Assembly (NCBI GenBank): GCA_963526305.1
Contig: CAURNW010000007.1
Coordinates: forward strand, 161,032-225,031
Length of the DNA stretch: 64,000 nt
Direction of reading: 5' to 3'
DNA from: an uncultured Chryseobacterium sp.
Lineage (GTDB): Bacteria > Bacteroidota > Bacteroidia > Flavobacteriales > Weeksellaceae
The translations under genes were made by a program, and so were the position numbers. Shown here piece after piece: positions 10,067 to 19,267 of the stretch. Positions within the stretch are counted from its first letter, which is position 1; every line of letters begins with the position of its first letter. The notes under the pieces are model-generated. The model was not told the DNA's origin. It saw only the letters and a program-made list of their open reading frames with translations, and did not search any database.

Positions 10067-10092
10067 AGACAGCCTCTCGGCTGTCTTTTTTT
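10067..10092 (+). terminator. Rho-independent terminator after recA
   Basis: agacagcc-tctc-ggctgtct stem followed by T7. Confidence 0.7.
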
Positions 10093-10255
10093 GTAGAGTC
10101 TAACCAGACCTGTAAAGATTACCACACAAAGTGAATAATTGTACAGAATTTCTTAATTTCCTGAAGAGAATCTGAAAATAAAATGCCAATCTGTCACTTT
10201 CTTTTCAATGGTATCTGTTTTGAGATTTTATAACCAAATTTAAAAATTCATAAAA

Positions 10256-12148
10256 ATGACAAAAGGAAATATCAATGTTTCGGTGGAAAATATTTTTCCG
10301 TTGATTAAAAAGTTTTTATACAGCGACCACGAAATATTTTTAAGAGAATTAATTTCCAACGCAACTGATGCGACTCTTAAACTAAAACACCTTACCAACA
10401 TCGGAGAGGCAAAGGTAGATTACGGAAACCCGAAAATCGAGGTGAAAATCGACAAAGAAAACAAAAAGCTTTACATCATCGACCAGGGATTGGGAATGAC
10501 TGCCGAAGAAGTTGAAAAGTACATCAACCAGGTTGCGTTTTCGGGAGCTGAAGAATTCTTAGACAAATATAAAGATTCAGCGAAAGATTCAGGAATTATC
10601 GGACACTTTGGTTTAGGGTTCTACTCTGCCTTTATGGTTGCAGAAAAAGTAGAAATTATTTCCAAATCTTTCAAAGACGAGCCTGCTGTTCACTGGATTT
10701 GTGACGGAAGCCCTGAGTTTACTTTGGAAGAAACAACTGCAAAAACTGATAGAGGGACAGAGATCATTCTTCACATTGCAGAAGATTCTACAGAATTCCT
10801 TGAAGAAGCGAAAATCCGTGAACTGTTGATGAAATACAACAAATTCATGCCTGTTCCTATTAAATTCGGAACAAAAACGGAAACACTTCCATTACCGGAA
10901 GACGCTGCTGAAGATGCAGTAGCAGAAACTGTTGAGATAGACAATATTGTCAACAACCCGACTCCGGCGTGGACTAAATCTCCAAGTGAACTAAAGGATG
11001 AGGATTATAAAGCTTTTTACCATGAATTGTATCCGATGCAGTTTGAGGAGCCTTTATTTAATATTCATCTGAATGTTGACTATCCCTTCAATTTAACGGG
11101 AGTTCTATATTTCCCAAAACTGGCGAATAATTTAAATATCGAAAAAGATAAAATTCAGTTATACCAGAATCAGGTTTTTGTAACTGATGAGGTGAAAGGA
11201 ATTGTTCCTGACTTCCTGATGTTACTAAGAGGAGTGATCGATTCTCCTGATATCCCTTTGAATGTATCCCGTTCTTATCTGCAGGCAGACGGTGCAGTAA
11301 AGAAGATTTCTTCTTACATCACCAAGAAAGTAGCCGATAAAATGGCTTCCCTGATCAACGAAAACCGTGAAGATTACGATAAGAAGTGGAACGACATCAA
11401 AATCGTTATCGAATACGGAATGATTTCTGAAGATAAATTCTTTGAAAAATCTGACAAATTTGCGCTGTACCCAACCACTGACGGAAAATATTTCCTTTGG
11501 AACGAATTGGAGGAAAAAATCAAACCAACTCAAACCGACAAAGACGGAAATCTGGTAATCCTCTATGCTACGAACGCTGACGAACAGCATTCTTACATCC
11601 AGTCTGCCAAGGATAAAGGCTACGAAGTTTTATTGTTGGATTCACCGATCGTTCCGCATCTGATTCAGAAATTGGAAACTTCAAAAGAAAAGATTTCTTT
11701 TGCGAGAGTGGATGCTGATCATATCAATAACCTGATCAAAAAAGACGAACCTGCAATCTCTAAACTTGATGAAACTGAAAAGGAGTCACTGAAGAAAAAT
11801 GTGGAAGAGTCTATTAAAGATACAAAATTCACCGTTCAGGTAGAAGATCTGGACAGCACAGACGCTCCATTCACGATTACCCAGCCTGAGTTTATGCGTA
11901 GAATGAAAGATATGCAGGCAACCGGAGGCGGTGGAATGTTCGGAATGGGAGGTTTCCCTGAGATGTATAATCTGGTTGTAAATTCCAACAGTGAATTTGC
12001 CAGTCAGATTCTGAAAATTGACGATACAGAAAGCAAGGAAGGCTTAATCAGGCACGCACTTGACCTGGCTAAACTCTCTCAGAATTTACTGAAAGGAAAA
12101 GACCTTACCGATTTTATCCAGAGAAGCTATAAGCAACTGGAGAAGTAG
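10256..12148 (+). CDS. htpG: Molecular chaperone HtpG (Hsp90)
   Basis: 630 aa. The N-terminal GHKL ATPase motifs LYSDHEIFLRELISNATDA and IGHFGLGFYSAFMVA are typical of HtpG. Confidence 0.97.
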   Translation: MTKGNINVSVENIFPLIKKFLYSDHEIFLRELISNATDATLKLKHLTNIGEAKVDYGNPKIEVKIDKENKKLYIIDQGLGMTAEEVEKYINQVAFSGAEEFLDKYKDSAKDSGIIGHFGLGFYSAFMVAEKVEIISKSFKDEPAVHWICDGSPEFTLEETTAKTDRGTEIILHIAEDSTEFLEEAKIRELLMKYNKFMPVPIKFGTKTETLPLPEDAAEDAVAETVEIDNIVNNPTPAWTKSPSELKDEDYKAFYHELYPMQFEEPLFNIHLNVDYPFNLTGVLYFPKLANNLNIEKDKIQLYQNQVFVTDEVKGIVPDFLMLLRGVIDSPDIPLNVSRSYLQADGAVKKISSYITKKVADKMASLINENREDYDKKWNDIKIVIEYGMISEDKFFEKSDKFALYPTTDGKYFLWNELEEKIKPTQTDKDGNLVILYATNADEQHSYIQSAKDKGYEVLLLDSPIVPHLIQKLETSKEKISFARVDADHINNLIKKDEPAISKLDETEKESLKKNVEESIKDTKFTVQVEDLDSTDAPFTITQPEFMRRMKDMQATGGGGMFGMGGFPEMYNLVVNSNSEFASQILKIDDTESKEGLIRHALDLAKLSQNLLKGKDLTDFIQRSYKQLEK

Positions 12149-12179
12149 ATTTCGATTTAACATTGAAAGTTTAAGCCTG

Positions 12180-12220
12180 ACAGAACCGGCGGAGCCCTTG
12201 GCTCCGCCGGTTCTGTTTTT
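12180..12220 (+). terminator. Rho-independent terminator after htpG
   Basis: 16-17 bp GC-rich stem acagaaccggcggagcc/gctccgccggttctgt followed by a T-run. Confidence 0.8.
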
Positions 12221-12438
12221 AAAATTACACTGTTCCTATTCAGAGAACTGACCATTCAATTTCAGACTGTTTTACAGTTGCCCATCCCTGACGGTCATTT
12301 ATAAACATTAAGATGTTACTGGTTCAGGCGGTTTTGTGTCTTTTTTCAGTATTCAGCACTCAAATAATTCTTATAACGCCGCTGACGAAACTTTTCACGT
12401 TTAATGGATTTTAGTATTTATCCTGTTCCTAAAAATCT

Positions 12439-12446
12439 TACATTTG
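12439..12446 (+). promoter_or_regulatory. Candidate -7 promoter element for the GIDE/LemA operon
   Basis: TACATTTG matches TAnnTTTG, 19 nt upstream of the ATG at 12465. Confidence 0.35.
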
Positions 12447-12464
12447 TAAATAAACCAAGTTCAA

Positions 12465-13544
12465 ATGTTTGAAATAACAATACAAATGCTTCCTTTTCTG
12501 ATGGTTTTTAGTCTGGGGATTGCACTTTTTCATACTTTCATTCTATCAGGCTTATTTGAAGTAAAACTCAAACCGGGCTGGATCATGTTCCTGGCAGATC
12601 CTGCTATTGTAGCTGCCGGATATTTTTTATTTCCGCAACAATCCGGATGGATATTTGCCGGACTTTTTATCTCTGTCTTTGTCCTTGCAATTATTGCCAT
12701 GATCACAAAAGGGATTCAGTCCGTTGCAGACAGTTTCAGAGAAGCGAGAGCCCAAAAAAAACCTGTCTGGAAAATCATACTGAGCGGCTTCGGAATTGTG
12801 TTTATCTACCTGGCTTTCTTTTATTTTGGAATTTATTCCATGTTCATCATTTTCTTCATCATTATCATCAGTTCAATTTTACCAAGTAACAAAAACCGTT
12901 TCTTTTTTTACCAGAGAAATCTTCCCACCTCAAAAATAAGAAGCGTCGCAATGGGAACGGCAGAAATTTGCGGCAGAGCAAAAGCTGTTACAAGCGTCGT
13001 TTCTCCTCTTTCTTCAACAACCTGTGTGGGTTATATCTATACAGTAGATGAGGTCAGTGAATCAACAGATGATGACGGGAGGACAAGCAGATCGTACAGA
13101 GAAATTAAAAGAAGACAGGAACTGCACCGGTTTCTGCTCCAGGATGACACCGGAAGCATCGAAGTGGAGCCTGAAAAGCTGGATTGGATCAGTTTTTCCC
13201 CGGCGACCGAAAGGGAAAGCAGCAGTGAACGCTGCCGGGAATTTATTCTTGATGAAAAAACGGAGATACTTATGATCGGACAGGCGTTCTATGAAGATGC
13301 AAAAACGATTTTCAGATATGATGAGCATAAAAAGCTTTTCGGAATGGCACCGCTGGAATTGGTTAATTTTGCGAATAAATGGAGACCTCTAAAACTGAGA
13401 TCTGTTATAACTTTATTATGTATTGCCTTAGTTTCAGCATTCATCATTATAGTGCCTGTCAGAATAAGCGGAACACGGCTCACGATAGAATCTGTTCACT
13501 GGAAAGAAAATTTCAGTAAAAACCCTTTCGATTTTTTCAATTAA
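12465..13544 (+). CDS. Membrane protein with a GIDE-like domain (tentative)
   Basis: 359 aa with multiple N-terminal TM helices. The segment GTAEICGRAKAV..VSPLSSTTCVGYIYTVDE...FLLQDDTGSIEVEP resembles the GIDE domain, which commonly neighbours LemA. One C-terminal TM. Confidence 0.55.
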   Translation: MFEITIQMLPFLMVFSLGIALFHTFILSGLFEVKLKPGWIMFLADPAIVAAGYFLFPQQSGWIFAGLFISVFVLAIIAMITKGIQSVADSFREARAQKKPVWKIILSGFGIVFIYLAFFYFGIYSMFIIFFIIIISSILPSNKNRFFFYQRNLPTSKIRSVAMGTAEICGRAKAVTSVVSPLSSTTCVGYIYTVDEVSESTDDDGRTSRSYREIKRRQELHRFLLQDDTGSIEVEPEKLDWISFSPATERESSSERCREFILDEKTEILMIGQAFYEDAKTIFRYDEHKKLFGMAPLELVNFANKWRPLKLRSVITLLCIALVSAFIIIVPVRISGTRLTIESVHWKENFSKNPFDFFN

Positions 13545-13555
13545 AATTAAACTGA

Positions 13556-14110
13556 ATGCTCATCTCACTTCTTATCTTTATCATCATCATTGTGGCACTG
13601 GTCACATTTCTGGTTAAAGCATACAACCAGATCGTTATCACAAGAAATAATGTGGATAAATCGTTTTCAAATATTGATGTTATATTAAAACAGCGCGCAG
13701 ACGAGATTCCCAATCTGGTAGAAGTGGTTAAGGCAACAGCGCTGTATGAAAATACGACACTTAAAGAACTGGTAGCTCTCCGGTCACGGTACAGGGAGGC
13801 AGGAAGCACCAATGAAAAAGTAAAATTAGCCGGGCAAATTGACGGTAATCTGAAATCTGTTTTTTTATCTATTGAAAATTATCCTGAGATAAAAGCTGCC
13901 TCTTCTTTTCTGAGCCTGCAGATGCGGCTGACCGATCTTGAAAATATGATTGCTGACCGGAGAGAATATTTCAATGAATCGGTTAATTTATACAATACGG
14001 GAATTCAGGTTTTCCCGGATTTCATCTTTGCAAAACTGATGAATTACAAAAAAATGGAAATGCTTCAGTTTTCAGAAGCTGAAAAAGAATTAAAAAAAAT
14101 CCAACTTTAA
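13556..14110 (+). CDS. lemA: LemA-family protein
   Basis: 184 aa. N-terminal TM, then YNQIVITRNNVDKSFSNIDVILKQRADEIPNLVEVVK, a typical LemA motif. Confidence 0.9.
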   Translation: MLISLLIFIIIIVALVTFLVKAYNQIVITRNNVDKSFSNIDVILKQRADEIPNLVEVVKATALYENTTLKELVALRSRYREAGSTNEKVKLAGQIDGNLKSVFLSIENYPEIKAASSFLSLQMRLTDLENMIADRREYFNESVNLYNTGIQVFPDFIFAKLMNYKKMEMLQFSEAEKELKKIQL

Positions 14111-14122
14111 AACAAAATTAAA

Positions 14123-14485
14123 ATGGTTATCGATTTAGGCATTTTTGGAGAATTTGTGAATTCCAGAAAATTCTGGGGCAGTATGGCGATAGGCTTTCCC
14201 GTATTTACGGTCGGAATCTTCGTCATTTACAGCCTTGTTAAAAAAATTCCATTTCTGAAAAATATTGTTCAGTACATTATTCTGACCTATGGACTTTCCA
14301 TCATCGTCTTCATGCCGGTTGTCTTTTTTTCAGCATTTATTGAAACAGAAAAGCTAAAACTGGCACTGATCTATCTTGTCATTCTATCGTTTGTTTCGGT
14401 ATTTGCACTGTTCAATCAGAAAGAAGTAATTAACTTTATGAAAGACGTTTCTCAGCTGAAGGATTTTAAAACTAAAAAGTCATAG
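14123..14485 (+). CDS. Hypothetical small membrane protein
   Basis: 120-aa ORF with 3-4 hydrophobic helices, tightly packed between lemA and the next ORF. Confidence 0.5.
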   Translation: MVIDLGIFGEFVNSRKFWGSMAIGFPVFTVGIFVIYSLVKKIPFLKNIVQYIILTYGLSIIVFMPVVFFSAFIETEKLKLALIYLVILSFVSVFALFNQKEVINFMKDVSQLKDFKTKKS

Positions 14486-14487
14486 CC

Positions 14488-15270
14488 ATGTACCCATTGA
14501 TTTTTACCCTGATCATTTTAGTATTGCTGTTTCTCAAGAAAAGAAGAAATGGAGAAAAAGTTTCAGTCGTCTATTTTATTTTACCGACATTGGTTGTTCT
14601 TCTTATTTCATCTATGTTCTTTTTCCTTGGTGACATAGTCGGTTCGACGGCATATTCTTATCTTTTCAGTAAAAAATACGAGGCTAAAGTAGTGAAGTAT
14701 GATTATACGGAAGGTGATGCAGATTCCGGGCCTAATGCTATTGCTGTTGTTGAATTTAAAAATGATCAGAATAAAACTATACAAAAATCTATTGGCTACG
14801 GTACAAGTACCCCTATTGAAATCGGAAAGACAATTAAAGTATCTTATCAGGAAGGTGAGAAAGAGGTGAGGAACCTGAGCTTTGGTGAACAGAAATTACT
14901 TACAGGAATTGTGCTGGTCTTTTTCCTTTTTTTTACTGTAGCTCTTGTTGCTGTTGTCTTCTACGCACTCGACCGGGATCTTGCCTGGATCTGGAAGCTG
15001 GTGGCAGGACTTATTACCTATATTGTTTTCCCTGGCGCAATGCTGTTCTTTATCGGCATCCTTTCATGGGTAATATGGGAATATTTTCAGGGCAGAAAAG
15101 ATGATATGCCGATATGGGCACTGGGAATCTGCAGTTTATTTGTAACCCTGCTCATCCCTGCACTGATCGGTTATTTCAAAATGCTTTTTACCCGGCCTTT
15201 ACCTATAAAGAAAGGAACTTCAAAAGAAAAAATCAGACTATCAAAGTTCAGTAAGCGGATTCCAAAATAA
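14488..15270 (+). CDS. Membrane protein, DUF3592-like (tentative)
   Basis: 260 aa. TM helices flank a soluble beta-rich segment (YEAKVVKYDYTEG...AVVEFKND...IGKTIKVSY). Starts 2 nt after the previous stop. Confidence 0.5.
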   Translation: MYPLIFTLIILVLLFLKKRRNGEKVSVVYFILPTLVVLLISSMFFFLGDIVGSTAYSYLFSKKYEAKVVKYDYTEGDADSGPNAIAVVEFKNDQNKTIQKSIGYGTSTPIEIGKTIKVSYQEGEKEVRNLSFGEQKLLTGIVLVFFLFFTVALVAVVFYALDRDLAWIWKLVAGLITYIVFPGAMLFFIGILSWVIWEYFQGRKDDMPIWALGICSLFVTLLIPALIGYFKMLFTRPLPIKKGTSKEKIRLSKFSKRIPK

Positions 15271-15558
15271 TTTTTTGAAATTCTTTATTCTGAAATTTTC
15301 CACTTCAATCCCTTCTGCTTCGAGCCTTTCCTGAAATTCAGGCACAGACAGGGTACCGGAGCTTGAAATTACGCGGTGTGCCGGAACATCTTTCGGGCAA
15401 CCGCCCATTGCTTTCCCTACGTGTCGGGAATGGTTGGGGAAACCTACAGCTTTGGCAATCGCTCCATAACTGGTCACTTTACCTTTAGGAACCAAACGGG
15501 TTATTTCCCAGACCTGCTGCCTGAATATTTCATTCATCCTTTTAGATTTGATCATCAA
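15241..15558 (-). CDS. MGMT-family DNA-binding protein, alkyltransferase-like (active-site Cys replaced by Ala)
   Basis: 105 aa. GKVTSYGAIAKAVG...HVGKAM...VPAHRVISSSG aligns to the PCHRV motif of O6-alkylguanine transferases but reads PAHRV. The likely true start is MNEIF at 15537. Confidence 0.8.
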   Translation of the reverse strand: MMIKSKRMNEIFRQQVWEITRLVPKGKVTSYGAIAKAVGFPNHSRHVGKAMGGCPKDVPAHRVISSSGTLSVPEFQERLEAEGIEVENFRIKNFKKLFWNPLTEL

Positions 15559-15726
15559 ATGTAAGAAATTAGCTCAGTTTCTGAAATAAAATAATGATTG
15601 AAAAATCTATTATTTAAAGATGGATGATACTATTGACGTTTTTAAGTTTAACAAAAACTTATCATATATTAAGATGAGCAGGGTATGATTGTTGTAAATT
15701 GAAGCAATGAAACCAATATCAAAATT

Positions 15727-16518
15727 ATGGCAAATTTAAAAGGAAAAGTAATTATTGTAACAGGAGCGGGAATGGGTCTTGGATTGGCCGCAGCAGATGT
15801 CTTAGCTTCTCAGGGAGCTGATCTTGCTTTGGTGGATTATAATGATGAAGCATTACATACAGCGAAATCGGAATTGCAGTCAAAGTATCCTGAAAGCAAA
15901 TTCTTAACGGTAACTGCAGATGTTTCTATAGAAGAAAATGTAAAAAATTATGTTGATCAGACTGTGAAAGAATTCGGTAAGGTTGACGGTCTTTACAATA
16001 ATGCAGGAATCGAAGGGAAACAGGCTCCACTGATTGAATATGATATCGATGTTTTCAAAAAAGTAATTGATATCAATCTCCTTGGAGTCTATTACGGAAT
16101 GAAATATGTCATTCCTGAACTACAGAAAAACGGAGGCGGAAGAATCGTCAATGTAGCTTCTGTAGGAGGCATCAGAGGGGTTATCAATCAAACCGCTTAT
16201 GTTGCCACGAAGCATGCGGTAGCAGGGATGACCAAAAACGCAGCTCTTGAATACGGAAAAGACAATATTTTAACCAACGCAATTGCTCCGGGAGCCATTT
16301 TAACGCCTATGGTTGCAGAGGCATTTAATCAGGTTAATCCATCTGACCCTAAAGCGGCTGAAACAGAATATGCATCAAGAAACCCTACCCGAAGGCTGGG
16401 TGATCCAAAAGACGTCGGAAGCCTTGTGGCTTATCTTCTAAGTGATGAAAACGGATATGTTTCAGGACAGGTGATCGCTATTGACGGCGGGGAATCGAAT
16501 ATGTATGGAAACTCATAG
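15727..16518 (+). CDS. SDR-family oxidoreductase
   Basis: 263 aa. TGAGMGLG cofactor motif, NNAG, and the catalytic YVATKHA (YxxxK). Confidence 0.9.
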   Translation: MANLKGKVIIVTGAGMGLGLAAADVLASQGADLALVDYNDEALHTAKSELQSKYPESKFLTVTADVSIEENVKNYVDQTVKEFGKVDGLYNNAGIEGKQAPLIEYDIDVFKKVIDINLLGVYYGMKYVIPELQKNGGGRIVNVASVGGIRGVINQTAYVATKHAVAGMTKNAALEYGKDNILTNAIAPGAILTPMVAEAFNQVNPSDPKAAETEYASRNPTRRLGDPKDVGSLVAYLLSDENGYVSGQVIAIDGGESNMYGNS

Positions 16519-16523
16519 ATATT

Positions 16524-16573
16524 GGTGATGGGTAATGAGTAATGAGTAATGAGTAATTGGTAATTGGTAATTG
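16524..16573. repeat. Heptanucleotide tandem repeat (GTAATGA/GTAATTG, about 7 units)
   Basis: Reads ggtgatg ggtaatg agtaatg agtaatg agtaatt ggtaatt ggtaatt, directly after the SDR stop codon. Confidence 0.85.
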
Positions 16574-16609
16574 TATATATATAATTAAGTATTTTAATGG
16601 TAAATTATG

Positions 16610-16638
16610 ATGTCTGCTTAAATGCAGGCATTTTTTTT
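16610..16638 (+). terminator. Rho-independent terminator
   Basis: atgtctgc-ttaaat-gcaggcat stem followed by T8. Confidence 0.6.
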
Positions 16639-16737
16639 ATTTAACATAGCTGAAATGTACTAAGACTGAGATTTAGATTTTCATTTTATTAAATGTTGCA
16701 TCATTTTTGAATGACTATACACCTAAATCCAAAGATT

Positions 16738-16884
16738 ATGAAAAAGTCCATTTTCAGAATGCTGAATAAGATCAACAAAGCAGTTTTACCTAAATTAAGT
16801 GATAAAGACCCTACAAAACTAACCAGATTACAGAAAGGTATTCTGGCATACCGTTATTTTGTACTGACCAATTCTCTGGATTGA
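16738..16884 (+). CDS. Possible small protein (48 aa), unassigned
   Basis: ATG-initiated ORF MKKSIFRMLNKINKAVLPKLSDKDPTKLTRLQKGILAYRYFVLTNSLD, below the ORF-track cutoff, in an otherwise empty 550-nt gap. No other support. Confidence 0.3.
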   Translation: MKKSIFRMLNKINKAVLPKLSDKDPTKLTRLQKGILAYRYFVLTNSLD

Positions 16885-17007
16885 AAAAGATGCGAGAATA
16901 TAAAACAGGTATATTCAGATTTCCCTTACTATAAAGATTTTATTAATCATCCGCCTGAGACAGCAAACCAATGAATTATTTTGATCATTAAACTCATCAT
17001 AAATAAA

Positions 17008-17040
17008 AAACGCTCCGAAATCCGGAACGCTTTTATCGAT
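17008..17040. terminator. Hairpin/terminator between convergent genes
   Basis: acgctccg-aaat-cggaacgc hairpin, flanked by an A-run upstream and a T-run downstream. Usable on both strands. Confidence 0.45.
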
Positions 17041-17068
17041 TTATCAGACTTTCGTCTTTCTTTTTTTA

Positions 17069-18040
17069 TTAATTTTCTAAGATATACGAAAACATCAACG
17101 GTGCACAAATGGTCGCATCACTTTCAACAATAAATTTCGGTGTTGTGATATCCAGTTTTCCCCATGTAATTTTCTCATTCGGCACAGCTCCGGAATATGA
17201 TCCGTATGAAGTAGTGGAATCTGAGATCTGGCAGAAGTAAGACCAGAATGGAATGTCATGCATTTCCATGTCCTGATACAGCATCGGCACCACACAGATC
17301 GGGAAATCGCCCGCAATACCTCCACCGATCTGGAAGAACCCTACGCCCTTCCCTGATGAGTTTTTAGTATACCAATCTGCTAAGTAGGTCATGTATTCGA
17401 TCCCTGATTTCATTGTGGTTGCTGTAAGCTCTCCTTTGATACAGTAGGATGCAAAAATATTCCCCATCGTAGAGTCTTCCCATCCCGGAACAACAATCGG
17501 AAGGTTTTTCTCGGCAGCAGCAATCATCCATGAATTTTCTCTCGGAATTTCATAATACTGCTCCAAAACTCCCGAAAGGATCATTTTATACATGAATTCA
17601 TGCGGAAAATATCTCTCCCCTTTTGCTTCAGCATCTTTCCAGATTTCTACAATATGCTTCTGCAGTCTTCTGAATGCTTCTTCTTCAGGAATACAGGTAT
17701 CGGTCACTCTGTTTAATCCTCTTTCCAACAGATCCCATTCATCCTGAGCGGTAAGATCTCTGTAATGCGGCACTCTTTCGTAGTGAGAATGCGCAACAAG
17801 ATTCATAAGGTCTTCTTCTAAGTTAGCACCGGTACATGAAATGAAATCCACTTTATCCTGACGGATCATTTCAGCTAAAATTTTACCTAATTCAGCAGTT
17901 GACATTGCTCCCGCCAAAGTAATCATCATTTTCCCTCCTTCTTTAAGGTGTGCCACATATCCTTTTGATGCGTCTACCAAAGCCGCTGCATTAAAATGCA
18001 GATAATATTTTTCTATGAACTCAGTAATCGGTTTGCTCAT
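17069..18040 (-). CDS. Deoxyhypusine synthase-family protein
   Basis: 323 aa. ITLAGAMSTAELGKILAEMIRQDKVDFISCTGANLEEDLMN and GGGIAGDFPI resemble the deoxyhypusine/homospermidine synthase fold family. Confidence 0.8.
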   Translation of the reverse strand: MSKPITEFIEKYYLHFNAAALVDASKGYVAHLKEGGKMMITLAGAMSTAELGKILAEMIRQDKVDFISCTGANLEEDLMNLVAHSHYERVPHYRDLTAQDEWDLLERGLNRVTDTCIPEEEAFRRLQKHIVEIWKDAEAKGERYFPHEFMYKMILSGVLEQYYEIPRENSWMIAAAEKNLPIVVPGWEDSTMGNIFASYCIKGELTATTMKSGIEYMTYLADWYTKNSSGKGVGFFQIGGGIAGDFPICVVPMLYQDMEMHDIPFWSYFCQISDSTTSYGSYSGAVPNEKITWGKLDITTPKFIVESDATICAPLMFSYILEN

Positions 18041-18067
18041 TATTTTATTTTTTTACAAAGATAAAAT

Positions 18068-18736
18068 TTAAAAACGGAAAGTTGCCGCTGCACTTAAAGA
18101 AAGTCTGCTTAGACCTTCTTTTTCGTCTTCGCCGAAATTCACTGTTGTACCATTACATTTCATCTTACTGAGTGTCCCGCCTGTCAGACCTAATTTTGGA
18201 CCTATAAAAACATGGTTGGTAATCGCATACTGATAGGCAAAATTAGCCTCTAAACCCAGATTGGAACCTGTCCCTTTTACAGAACCCGTTTTAGTAATAT
18301 ATGTAATGACTCCCAATGCAATATCATAAAACAGTTTGTGTTTTGTATCCTCTTTAAAATTAGAAAACATATAAGAAGGCCCGACAAAACTGATGTTATC
18401 TTTGGTCGTTACAGATGCAGAAACATTTTGTCCGTTAAAATCCTGAACAGTCAGCCTTCCGTCGCTCGAAGCCATGTAGTTTGAATATTTTATACCAACA
18501 GCACCATTTCCCCTGAGATGATAATAGGCAGAAACATCTACATTTACACCTGTTTTCAGACCTTTGATATAATCTCTGGTTTCTCTTGAAATTCCTGACG
18601 GCATTTTTGCAAGTCGCCAGGCATACCCAACAGAAGGAATGATCGAAATTCTGGGCTCTGATCTTAGAGTTCCTCCCTGTGCTGAAAATAAAAACGGGAT
18701 CATGAATACTCCAGAAAATAGTAGTTTTTTAAACAT
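18068..18736 (-). CDS. Outer-membrane beta-barrel (porin-family) protein
   Basis: 222 aa. Signal peptide ...FLFSAQ, alternating beta-strand pattern, C-terminal aromatic residue (..ATFRF). Confidence 0.6.
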   Translation of the reverse strand: MFKKLLFSGVFMIPFLFSAQGGTLRSEPRISIIPSVGYAWRLAKMPSGISRETRDYIKGLKTGVNVDVSAYYHLRGNGAVGIKYSNYMASSDGRLTVQDFNGQNVSASVTTKDNISFVGPSYMFSNFKEDTKHKLFYDIALGVITYITKTGSVKGTGSNLGLEANFAYQYAITNHVFIGPKLGLTGGTLSKMKCNGTTVNFGEDEKEGLSRLSLSAAATFRF

Positions 18737-18784
18737 TTTTATTAATTTCCGGCAAAAATACTATTTTTTTCCAAACACAGAGAA

Positions 18785-19177
18785 TTAAAACTTAAACCGC
18801 CTGTTTTCTTTTTTATCTGAATTCTGTTTTTTCTGCTGAATGCGTTTCTCGACTGAGGATCTTGTTGGCCTTGTCTTGGCTCTGAATTTTGGAATGATTA
18901 ACGCTTTATCTACCAAATCAAGAATTTTTTCGACTGCGATCTTTTTATTCTGAAGCTGTGTTCTGCTCTCAGAAACACTGAGAAAGAGAAACCCTTCAAG
19001 GTTGATCCTGTTTTTCAGTTTTTCAGAGATCATCTCTTTTTGTCTTTCATGAAAAAATCCGGAATCAGAAACTTTCCACGTAACGGTCACTGCAGTCTCC
19101 ACTTTATTCACGTTTTGTCCGCCTGCTCCACTGCTCCGGGAAGTTTTAAAATTCAGTTCTTTTGAGAAATCTTTCAT
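18785..19177 (-). CDS. arfB: Alternative ribosome-rescue factor ArfB (peptidyl-tRNA hydrolase, RF-1 domain)
   Basis: 130 aa. GGQ motif (SSGAGGQNVNKVETAV) and a basic C-terminal tail, as in E. coli YaeJ/ArfB. Confidence 0.9.
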   Translation of the reverse strand: MKDFSKELNFKTSRSSGAGGQNVNKVETAVTVTWKVSDSGFFHERQKEMISEKLKNRINLEGFLFLSVSESRTQLQNKKIAVEKILDLVDKALIIPKFRAKTRPTRSSVEKRIQQKKQNSDKKENRRFKF

Positions 19178-19267
19178 AGTGTGGCATTTTTAAATCCTTC
19201 TTCGAAGGGACAGTTTAATTTTGCAAAGAAAAACAGAAACATGGTGGGTGGTGAATTATACATTAAA

